This document shows, in pieces, positions 26,001 to 38,000 of a stretch of 64,000 bases of DNA (its first letter is position 1; the number at the start of each line of letters is the position of its first letter). Below the pieces are notes generated by a model. The model was not told the origin of the DNA and ran no database searches. It worked only from the letters and a program-made list of their open reading frames with translations. A program made the position numbers and the translations under genes. The stretch is from Stegostoma tigrinum (lineage: Eukaryota), in the NCBI RefSeq assembly GCF_030684315.1, contig NC_081370.1, positions 34,428,728 through 34,492,727 of the forward strand, in the 5' to 3' direction.

Positions 26001-29000
26001 ACTGGAAGGTACTGTTTCTTATCTTAGCTTCCCGTTTCAGTTAGGATTTGTCTCAGGAAAAGAAAGTTTATAAACACTTAAGAGCCATAGGGATGTACAG
26101 CATGGAAACATATCGTTGCATATTCTAAATTAAACTAGTCCCGTTTGACAGCATTTAGCCCATATCCCTCCAAACCCTTCCTGCTCATATACTCATCCAG
26201 ATGTTTTTTAAATGTTGTTTATTGTACCAGCCTCTACCACATCCTCTGGCAGCTCGTTCTATACACGCAGCACCCTGTGCGCGAACAAGTTGCCTCTTGG
26301 GTCCTTTTAAAATCTTTCTCCTCTCACCTTAAACCTGTGCCCTCTGGTTTTGTTCTCCCCTAGCCTGGGGAAAAATCCTTGACTATTATAGCAAGGAGAC
26401 CAAAATTAGATGCAGTATTACAAAAGTGGCCTAAACAATGTTCTGTACAGACACAAAATGACCTCCCAGCTCCTATACTCAATGCACTGACCAATAAACA
26501 TACCAAATACCTTCTTCACTAATTAAAAACTGAAAGAGCTGCGGGTGCTGTAAATCAGGAACAAAAACGAAGTTGCAGGAAAAGCTTAGCATCTGGCAGC
26601 ATCTGTGAAGAAAAGAAATCAGAGTTAACGTTTCAGGCCCGGTGGCCCTTCCTCAGAACTGATGACCGGACCCGAAATGTGAACTTTGATTTTTTTTTTT
26701 CCTTCACAGACGCTGCCAGATCTGCTGCGCTTTTCCAATAACTTTGTCTTTGTATCTTCTTCACTACCCCGTTTACCTGCAACTCCACTTTCAATGAATT
26801 ATGAACCTGCATTCCAGGGTCACTTTGTTAGGCGAAACTCCACAGGCCCTTACGATTAAGTGTTTAAGTCCTGTCCTACCAAAATGAGCACCTCACGTTT
26901 ATCTAGATTAAACTCCATCTGCCAGTTCTTGGCTCATCAACCCATCTGATCCAAGTTCCATTGTACTGGAGAGGAATATTATCCATCTGAGTTGCAGGCA
27001 ACATGAGGATATTATTGAAGAGAGAGATAATGATATCAATGAATTTCAGCACTGTTGAGGTATCGAGTACATTGGATCAGCTAATCAAATCAAAAGACAT
27101 GTGCCTTTGGTTGTTTGTGAGCATTTGCTGAACATTCTGAGTGCGTTAATGGCTGCAGAAATGATCAAATTAAAATAATCAGTTGAGTTCATTATGTAAG
27201 ATAACAAGCTGTAGAGCTGGATGAACACAGCAGGCTGAGCAGGAAAGCTGACGTTTGGATCGAGACCCTTCTTCAGAAACGTCAGCTTTCCTGCTCCTCT
27301 GATGCTACTTGGCCTGCTGTGTTCATCCAGCTCTACACCTTGTTATCTCAGATTCTCCAGCACTGGCAATACCTACTGTCTCAAGTTCATTATGTAGGTC
27401 ATTGACTGTTGCCAGAAGGGATATGCATTAAAATGCAGTAATCTGTCCATTTCAAACGAAAATAGTATTTTAAACCCCCCTGTACATTTTAAAAAATTTG
27501 CTCAGGAGTTTGATAAGTAACATAGAAGGAACAAAGAGGATTGGTGAGAGCAGGGTAGTGGATGTGATCTATATGGACTTCAGTAAGGCATTCGACAAAG
27601 TTCCTCATGCAGACTGGTTAGCAAGATTACATCACACAAAATACAAGGAGAGCTAGCCCTTTGGATACAGAACTGGCTCAAAGGTAGAAAACAAGAGGGT
27701 GGGTCTGACACTTCCGCCATCTACAATCTGACCCCACCACCCAAGACAATTTTCCATCCCCACCCTTGTCTGCCTTCCGGAGAGACCACTCTCTCTGTGA
27801 CTCCCTTGTCCGCTTCACACTCCCCTCCAACCCCACCATGCCCGGCACCTTCCCCTGCAACCGCAGGAAGTGCTACACTTGCCCCCACACCTCCTCCTCA
27901 CCCCCATCCCAGACCCCAAGATGACTTTCCATATTAAGCAGATGTTCACCTGCACATCTGCCAATGTGGTATACTGTATCCACTGCACCCGGTGTGGCTT
28001 CCTCTACATTGGGGAAACCAAGTGGAGGCTTGTGGACCGCTTTGCAGAACGCCGACGCTCGGTTCACATCTGCAGCTCCCAGTCGCGAACCATTTTAACT
28101 CCCCGTCCCATTCTTCAGATGACATGTCCATCATAGGCCTCCTGCAGTGCTACAATGATGCCAATTGAAGGTTGCAGGAACAGCAACTCATATTCCGCTT
28201 GGGAACCCTGCAGCCCAATGCTGTCAATGTGGACTTCACAAGCTTCAAAATCTCCCCTTCCCCCACTGCATCCCAAAACCAGCCCAGCCTGTCCCCGCCT
28301 CCCTAACCTGTTCTTCCTCTCACCTATCCCTTTCTCCCACCTCAAGCTACACCTCCATTTCCTACCGACTAACCTCATCCCGCCTCCTTGACCTGTCCAT
28401 CTTCCCTGGACTGACCTCTCCCCACCTACACTTTCCTCTCCACCTATCTTCTTTTCTCAATCTTTGGTCCACCTCTCCCTCTCTCCCTATTTATTCCAGA
28501 ATCCTCTCCCCATCCCCCTCTCTGATGAAGGGTCTCGGCCCGAAATGTCAGCTTTTGTGCACCTGAGATGCTGCTTGGCCTGCTGTGTTCATCCAGCTCC
28601 ACACTTTGTTATCCTGGTGGTGATGGAGTGTTGCTTTGCAGACTGGAGACTTGTGACTAGCAGTGTGCCCCAAGGATCGGTGCTGGGCGCACTGTTTTTT
28701 GTCATTTATGTAAAATGATTTTGATTCCTGCATTGGAACGTAGAAGATATGGTTGGTAGGTTGCAGATGACACTAACATTGGTATAGTGGACAGTGAAGA
28801 AGGTTACCTCAGCGTACAACAGAATCTTGATCAATGGACAATGGGCTGAGAAGTAGCAGATGGAGTTTAATTTAGATAAATGTGAGATACTGCATTTTGG
28901 AAAGGCAAACCAGGGCAGCATTTTTGGACTTTTGGGGAGTGTTGCTGAACAAAGTGGCCTTGGAGTGCAGGTTCACAGTCCCTTGAAAGTGGAGTCGCAT

Positions 29001-32000
29001 GTAGACAGGATTGTGAAGAAGGCGTATGGTATGCTTGCCTTTATTGGTCAGTGCTTTGAATATAGGAGTTGTGGGGTTATGTTGTGCCTTTATGGAACAT
29101 CGGTTAGGTCACTTTTGGAATACTGCATGCAATTCTGGTCTCCCTCCGACATGAAGGATGTTGTGAAACTTGAAAGGGTTCAGAAAAGGTTTAGAAGGTT
29201 GTTGTCAGGGTTGGAGAGTTTGAGCTATAGGCAGAAGCTAAAGGGGCTGGGGCTATTTTCCCTGGAGCATCAGAGGCTGAGGGGTGACCTTTGTAGAGGT
29301 TTGTAAAATCATGAGGGGAGTGGATATGGTGAATAGCCAAGGATTTTTCCCCGCAGTGGTGGGGTGGGGGGGGGGGGGGGGGGTGTCCAAAAGCAGAGGG
29401 CACAGGTTTAAGGTGAGAGGAGAAAGATTGAAAAGGGGCCTAAGGGGCGACTTGTTTACACAGAGGGTAGTGCTTGTATGGAATGAGATGCCAGAGAAAG
29501 TGGTGGAGGCTGCTACAATAAATAACATTTAAAAGACTTCTGGATAGGTATATGAAAAGGAAGGGTTTAGAGGGATATGGGCCAAATGCTGGCAAGTGGG
29601 ACTAGTTTAATTTAGGATATCTAGTTGGCATGGACGCTTTGGAGTGAAGGGTCTGCTTCCATGCTGTACAACCCTATGATTCGAAGTAATGTTCCTATGT
29701 TATTTTCTTCAACGGCAACACCTTGGCTACTGGAACTGCCTTTCAGAACAACCAGCACCTTTTTGTTTGTAGTACAAATAGTTTGAAATTGAAAATTTGT
29801 TTTGAAAGTTCAGGATAACAAGCTTCAGTAACATTATCTTTGTTGAAATTCCATACAACAGCTTGCTGTTAGGATAGTTGACTGAAATCTTGGTTAAAGA
29901 GCAATGCTTTGAGCCTCATCATAAGGAAAAAAGAGACGTGAAGAAGTTTAGGAAGGTGTTCCAGAGCTTGAAGTCTTTCCACATTAAGACATCCCTGTTG
30001 GTTGTGGGAGTGATTAAAATTACAGATGAACAAGAGTACAAGAATTGAAGTATCGAGATCTCACAGGGTTGAAAGTTCAGAGAAGGTTATAGAGATAAGG
30101 ACGCCATGGTGAGATCTGAAACTAAAGAGATCTTGCCAGACCAAGCACACAGGTTAAACTAAATAAAGGAAAAACAGGCTAGGCATGAGATGGGTTATGG
30201 GTAGCAAAATTTGGAATGTATTGAGCAAATGAGGGAGGAGAAGAAGGGATTATGTTGGTAGTGTTCGATGAAACATAGGATAAGCCACTGTCAAGCTGTT
30301 TAACTTAGTTATTTTCATGGTGTACATTCTTTCTTTGTAAGTCAAAATACATTTTAGAAAGTCTTGTTGGATGGGCACTAACAAAACAGTTTTATTTTCT
30401 TTTTAAATCTCAGAAAGCAAGGTGACATTGAAAGACAGTCCAAGTTTTGTGCAAGTAGTACGTAATGAAAATGGTCTTCTAGAATGCGAAATTGCTGAAT
30501 TCAGCGGATCCAAAATGACTCTGCAGAACTCGAGCGTTTTATGGTCTTTCACTAATGGTGCTGAAAAATCAAATGCCTTTGTCTACATTTCTGGAGTAAT
30601 AAGAGAGAAATGGAAAGAAGCAGAGCTATTGAGCAGCTCTATTACACATGGAAACATGTCGCTGTTGCTAAAAGATGTTGCTTATAAACATGCTGGACAA
30701 TACCAATGCGAAGTTTACATTCCACCAAATGATAAAGCCACTAAGACAGTAACACTTGAAGTAATAGGTAAAAAGATTTATTTGTTGTATTGTAAATCAT
30801 ACCACATTTCAGTGCATTACAATGCCTTCAGTTTAATATATTTTGACAATATGTCTTTATTGCTTTGGAAATGTAATCTTACCAAGAAAATTTTCACATG
30901 CCGTGTCTTACCACTGTCTTCAAACATAAAGTACTGTGAATGCTGGAAGTACTTAGCAGGTCAGGCAAAATCTTAGGACAAAAATAGTATTAACGTGTCA
31001 GATTGATTATCAGTCATCAAAAGTTACTTTTAAAATAACAAGTGGTTCGCTCATAGTGTGTAATACTTTTTGATTATATCCACGTACTCATTAATGATCC
31101 GGTAATGCCTGTTTTTACAAAGTTGCTATCTGAACTATCAATTCTCAACCAGATATTGAAAGTTTATTTGTATGATGCATTGTAAATTAACATTTAATGA
31201 CTGAACCAAAAGTAGCAAATTCTGTAAAGTGTTTGCATTTGTGGGGAGGGAAAATATATTTTGGTGAAGATGCCTACACAATCTGTGATTAAGAATGTAG
31301 CATTTAAAATGAAAGTTTAGAAAGCATTTTTTTTTTGCAGCTTTCATCCCAGTGGAGGTGAAAGGGAATTTTAGAGATTTTCCTTCTCCTTCACTTGCAT
31401 GCCAGGGCCATCTGTTCCTTCTGGCATATCACAACTGGTACAAGAGTAGGAATTAATAACAAATTCTTTTCACTTTTCAACTAGTCATGCAGTATTTAAG
31501 TCCCACTGCATATTTTTGAAATAGTTCCTTTATTAACTTGGGGTGTTGGTTTATTGTCTAATCTGAATGATGATACCTCCAATAATATTACATGGAACTT
31601 TTTGTTATGTTGAAGACATGTATCACGTCACCTTATAGTGTTCAGACTTCTAGGGGGGGAAATAAAAGGTCTTTTAGGTATTTCCAGGTGGTTAGAACCT
31701 CTCGGTTGCAGTAACATCCTTGTGAATATCTGTTTTTATAATATGGAAACCAGAAATAGGCACATTACTTAAAATGAGATCATAATCAGATTACATGATC
31801 AGGTTACTATGCAAATTTAACACACTTTTACAATTCTAAATTTCTAGAAATGCATTTCAGTGCTTGAGATGTGGCCTTTTAATGATTATCTGCAAGCCCC
31901 AAAACCTCTTTCTCCTCTATCCCACTTTGACTTTATCTAGCCTATATGTGACCCTATGTTATTATTATGCAATGTCATGCTTATCTGAATTCATTTCCTG

Positions 32001-35000
32001 TGTGTTAATTTGGATGCAAGTTCATTAACATATATTTTAGACACATTCTTCATTTTCTGTTTTTTTGCACTGTCATTTGCAAATTTCAAAATTGTATTTC
32101 TGGTTCCAGAGTACTAATTGCTAATATAATCAGGGCGGCACAGTGGCACAGTGGTTAGCACTGCAGCCTCACAGCGCCAGGGACCTGGGTTCAATTCCCA
32201 CCTCGGGCGACTGTCTGTGTGGAGTTTGCACATTCTCCCTGTGTCTGCGTGGGTTTCCTCTGGGTGCTCCGGTTTCCTCCCACAGTCCAAAGATGTGCAG
32301 GTTAGGTGGATTGGCCATGCTAAATTGCCCGTCGTGTTCAGTGGTGTGTGGGTTATAGGGGGATGGGTCTGGGTGGGATGCTTCAAGGGGCGGTGTGGAC
32401 TTGTTGGGCCAAAGGGCCTGTTTCCACACTGTAGGGAATCTAATTAATCTAATCAAAATTAAGAACATCGGTGGCTCCAATGCCAGCCTCTGAGAAACAC
32501 CACTTCTCACTGTTTGTCTGTCTGATCTGCAACTCCTAATCCATATGTTCTGCTAGCCACTTGGCCACCTGTGAACTTCCTATCTTAACATGAGAACCTT
32601 ATTACTTGTCCTGAAGTTCTGTGGCACTGTTTCCTTTATTGATGTTCGTCAACTGATATATTTATTTAATAGGTGCTCAGCTGTATCTTCACTATGCATA
32701 GATCCAGTCAATGCATTAGTTTTGAAGTATAGTTGCAATTATTAGTGATACTAACATACCTTTTGTATTTTGGTAGCACGACCTACAGTAATAGTGACTT
32801 CAGAAAAAACTGTGGAAGTTGGAACAGGTGGCGAGATGGCTTTAAGTTGTCAGTTAAGTGGATATTTTCCTTGTGAAAGCAATACTGAATGGCTACAGAC
32901 AACCCCAGCACAAGGAAAACTGAGAGTGTTGACTGATGTTTGCATTGCCCCGCCGGTCAAAAACCCTGATGGAACGTGTAACATAAGCACTGAAGTTAGA
33001 TTAGAGCCTGGAGTAGAAGACATTGGCAGCACTTTCACATGCCGTGTCTTTCATAAGTCTTTTACAAAACCATACCAGGTAGAAGCTTTGGTGACTTTGA
33101 AAGGTGAGTTGCAATAATTTTAGCTTTTCTTTATTAAAATACTCAGTCTAAAGCATTTTGGTTAAATTAATTTAACTGTTAACTTTTCTTGTGGACATAA
33201 TCAAATGTGAAGCTTTTGGAATGGATTCGTTTGATACTGACAGGCTAGTGAAATTTTTAACTTCCTTGTATTCTTAAAATTTATTTTTACAAAACATGAA
33301 ATAAAACTCAAGTAACGTCTATAAATCTGAGCAAATTAGATTGCATGTATATTGTGATTAATAACCCTTACTTTACAGTGGTTTTGTGCATGTTATGTGT
33401 TTTAAGTACAGATAGTCCCTGAATTAGAAGACTCATATTTACAAGTGCCATCCCACATGTGGTTTTAATTTTAAAGACCCGACATGTGAACCCTTCCTGT
33501 AACAAAAGCTGCTTTCAATTGCCATCCATTATGTTCCGACTTGCAAGCAATTTGACTTGTGGACTTCAGAATGGAACACATTTGCAGCTGGGGCTTTCCT
33601 GCATTATTTGTGTTCAATCTAATAAATTTGACACCTGTTCCATACTAAATACCTATTTATGCCATACATGTGATTTGATGACTTTTCAGGATTCTTGCAA
33701 AAAGCTTAATTGTACGTTGTTTAATGGATTTTAATTTTCCATTTAATTGCGTTAACAAATCTTTCTGGTGGAAAGGTAGCCAACGATTGTTCCAGTACTT
33801 TGGAATCAATTTTAATGAAGATGTTTAGAGTTTAAAATTAAATATAGTATACAGCACTAAGTGAAGCCAAATGGCTGAACAATAATGTTATTAGTTGTTG
33901 ACTTGCTCGCCGAGCTGGTAAGTTTGTTCACAATTCACCATACTGTGTAACATCATCAGTGTGCCTCCGGTGAAACAACAGTGTTCTGTCACACTTGCCA
34001 TTTGCGTCTTGGTTTGTTGGGGTGGGTGGCATCACTTCCAGATTTTTTTTTTAGTGATTAGTATATGGGGTCCAGCTCGACATGTTTGTTAATGGAGTTC
34101 TGCTTTGAGTGCCAGGCTTCCAGGAATTCTCGTGCATGTCGTTCCTTGGCCACGTTGTCCCAGTCGAGTTAGTGTCCCTCTCTGTCCAAGTGTATCTCAT
34201 TTCAATACACATGAACAAAGAGGAACAGCAGTTCGACTGGGACAGTATTATCCCCCTAGGACCAGCCAAGCAACGACACGCACAAGAATTCCTGGAGGCT
34301 TGATACTCAATCCAGAACTCTGTTAACAAACATGTCGAGCTGGACCCCATGTACCAATCACTAAGAAGCCAATCCGGAAGTGATGCCACCCACCCCAACA
34401 AACCAAGACACAAATAGCAAGTGGGACAGAACACTGATGCTTCACCAGACATGCACTGATGATGTTACCTAGCATGGTGACAAAATGTTTGCAAACAAAC
34501 TTACCAGCTCGGTGAGCAAGTTGACAACCCAAGCTACAAATCTTCTCAAAAACCTTGAATACTGTTCGTATTTATAACCACGTTAACTTTCTCCCATTTT
34601 TATCTACCTTTGCTCATCCTTTTAAGTATATATTTTCTTAGTTTTTTCAACTATGTACTTGTCTAGTTGCCTGTGTTATCTGTCTCACTTGCTGTGGCAG
34701 AGAGTTCCTCACTTCAACTACTTTCTTGACTGAAGAAATTTTATTTATTTTCTCATTCGATTTATTAGTCACTTCCTTTGTACTTGTGGTTCTTAGTTTT
34801 CAACCCTCCTACATGTGAAAATATTGTTTCCATTTCTACCTTGTCCGAACAACTTATAATTTTAAACATCTCTTTAAGGCCACTTGTAAGTATTTGTTTT
34901 TTGAAAGGTGAAGATCCCAACCTATTCAATCTTTTCTCAATTAATGTGATCTCAGTTCTGTTACCATGCTTGTAAACATACTTCACACTTTGAATGGTAC

Positions 35001-38000
35001 TTCTATATCCTTTTTTGTAATAGGCTACCAGAGCTATGCATTCTGCATGCAGCCTGACCAGGTTCCTATACACATTTAACAAGTGTATCACCTCTCAAAC
35101 CAATCCCATGGTTTACCTGACACATTTAATAGTTTTGTTCCCATGCTGCTTTCATTGATTTGTTCACCTATTTCACTGGATCCCTTTGTACTTTCACTGC
35201 ATTTAAAAGAAATAAACTACAGGTGACATTTCTGTATTTTTGTTCAATTGAGTTCATTACGTTTATTGATGTCAGGTAACAATCAGCTGTTCAGGTTTTC
35301 AGATTTGATGTTCTGTTGCATTTTTTTTAGTGTCAGCTAAGCTTACTGTTTTATATCACTTGCAAATTTTGATTTGAAGTTCCTTATTCCTCAGCCTAAA
35401 GCATCAGTTTTCTTGCAAATGCATTCACAAAATGTGAGTGTGCAGGCTGTTTACTGCCCATCCCTTTAAAATGGTGGTGAGCTGCCTTCTGAAATCCCTG
35501 CAGTCCATTTGTTGTAGGTGGCCCCATAATGACTTTAGGAAGGGAGGACCAAGCTTTTGAATCAGTGACATTGAAGTAATGCAAATTATGAGTAACATTG
35601 ATCCTATGTTGATTTTTGTGCAAATGCATTTCCATTAGAAAAGACCTGTTTTCCGAGTATTACAACTGGATTTAAAACAATGAGATGTGCATGTGTAAAA
35701 ATTAGAACCTTGTTTTTGTGCATATTAATTGGATTGCTCAGAACTGAGGTAAGTATTTCTCTATTATACTTCACACAATAATACAGTATTACACTAGTGG
35801 AATGATTAAAATAGCTAACTGTAAGAAATATGTAACTTTTCTTTTGCAGAAGCAGAAATTCATTTGTCCAAAGCTTCAATAATCGGAAGCATTATTGGGA
35901 GCATCATTACTTCTGTTCTTGTACTCGGACTAGGAATTTATTTCTATATGCGATTCTATTATAAAGGTAAAGCCACATTCTGGGTCTTGTGCGCTACTTC
36001 AGACACTTTGGGGGATAAACTGGAGCAAATTGACTCAAAGGAAATAAAATGTGAGGCTGGATGAACACAGCAGGCCAAGCAGCATCTCAGGAGCACAAAA
36101 GCTGACGTTTCGGGCCTGGACCCTTCATCAGAGAGGGGGATGGGGGGAGGGAACTGGAATAAATAGGGAGAGAGGGGGAGGCGGACCGAAGATGGAGAGT
36201 AAAGAAGATAGGTGGCGAGGGTGTAGGTGGGGAGGTAGGGAGGGGATAGGTCAGTCCAGGGAAGACGGACAGGTCAAGGAGGTGGGATGAGGTTAGTAGG
36301 TAGCTGGGGGTGCGGCTTGGGGTGGGAGGAAGGGATGGGTGAGAGGAAGAACCGGTTAGGGAGGCGGAGACAGGTTGGATTGGTTTTGGGATGCAGTGGG
36401 TGGGGGGGAAGAGCTGGGCTGGTTGTGTGGTGCAGTGGGGGGAGGGGATGAACTGGGCTGGTTTAGGGATGCAGTGGGGGAAGGGGAGATTTTGAAACTG
36501 GTGAAGTCCACATTGATACCATATGGCTGCAGGGTTCCCAGGCGGAATATGAGTTGCTGTTCCTGCAACCTTCGGGTGGCATCATTGTGGCAGTGCAGGA
36601 GGCCCATGATGGACATGTCATCAAGAGAATGGGAGGGGGAGTGGAAATGGTTTGCGACTGGGAGGTGCAGTTGTTTGTTGCGAACTGAGCGGAGGTGTTC
36701 TGCAAAGCGGTCCCCAAGCCTCCGCTTGGTTTCCCCAATGTAGAGAAAGCCGCACCGGGTACAGTGGATGCAGTATATCACATTGGCAGATGTGCAGGTG
36801 AACCTCTGCTTAATGTGGAATGTCATCTTGGGGCCTGGGATGGGGGTGAGGGAGGAGGTGTGGGGACAAGTGTAGCATTTCCTGCGGTTGCAGGGGAAGG
36901 TGCCGGGTGTGGTGGGGTTGGAGGGCAGTGTGGAGCGAACAAGGGAGTCACGGAGAGAGTGGTCTCTCCGGAAAACAGACAGGGGTGGGGATGGAAAAAT
37001 GTCTTGGGTGGTGGGGTCGGATTGTAAATGGCGGAAGTGTCGGAGGATAATGCGTTGTATCCGGAGGTTGGTAGGGTGGTGTGTGAGAACGAGGGGGATC
37101 CTCTTGGGGCGGTTGTGGCGGGGGCGGGGTGTGAGGGATGTGTCGCGGGAAATGCGGGAGACGCGGTCAAGGGCGTTCTCAATCACCGTGGGGGGGAAGT
37201 TGCGGTCCTTAAAGAACTTGGACATCTGGGATGTGCGGGAGTGGAATGTCTTATCGTGGGAGCAGATGCGGCGGAGGCGGAGGAATTGGGAATAGGGGAT
37301 GGAATTTTTGCAGGAGGGTGGGTGGGAGGAGGTGTATTCTAGGTAGCTGTGGGAGTCGGTGGGCTTGAAATGGACATCAGTTACAAGCCCACTTCCTACA
37401 GACTAAGGGGGTGGCCATGGGCACCCGCATGGGCCCCAGAATCTGGACTCCATTTTCTCCCCTTTGGTCCAGGAACTCCCCACCTATGTCCGTGACACCA
37501 CCCACGCCCTCCACCTCCTCCAGGACTTCCAATTCCCTGGCCCCCAACACCTCATATTCACCATGGACGTCCAGTCCCTGTACACCTGCATTCCGCATGG
37601 AGATGGCCTCAAGGCCCTCCGCTTCTTCCTGTCCCGCAGGCCCGACCAGGCCCCCTCCACCGACACTCTCATCCGCCTAGCGGAACTCGTCCTCACACTC
37701 AACAACTTCTCTTTTGACTCCTCCCACTTCCTACAGACTAAGGGGGTGGCCATGGGCACCCGCATGGGCCCCAGCTATGCCTGCCTCTTTGTAGGTTACG
37801 TGGAACAGTCCATCTTCCGCACCTACACAGGCCCCAAACCCCACCTCTTCCTCCGGTACATTGATGACTGTATTGGCGCCGCCTCTTGCTCCCCAGAGGA
37901 GCTCGAACAGTTCATCCACTTCACCAACACCTTCCACCCCAACCTTCAGTTCACCTGGGCCATCTCCAGCACATCCCTCACCTTCCTGGACCTCTCAGTC

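Noticed and set aside
32133-32205. tRNA gene
   Set aside because: The A and B boxes belong to the SINE head and continue into SINE body and CR1-like tail.
30414-35966. Tapasin/TAPBPR or MHC chain
   Set aside because: No tapasin N-terminal domain exon, no TM lysine or KKxx tail, and no peptide-binding domain exons. The V-C1 motifs fit B7-H6 better, although a tree is still needed.
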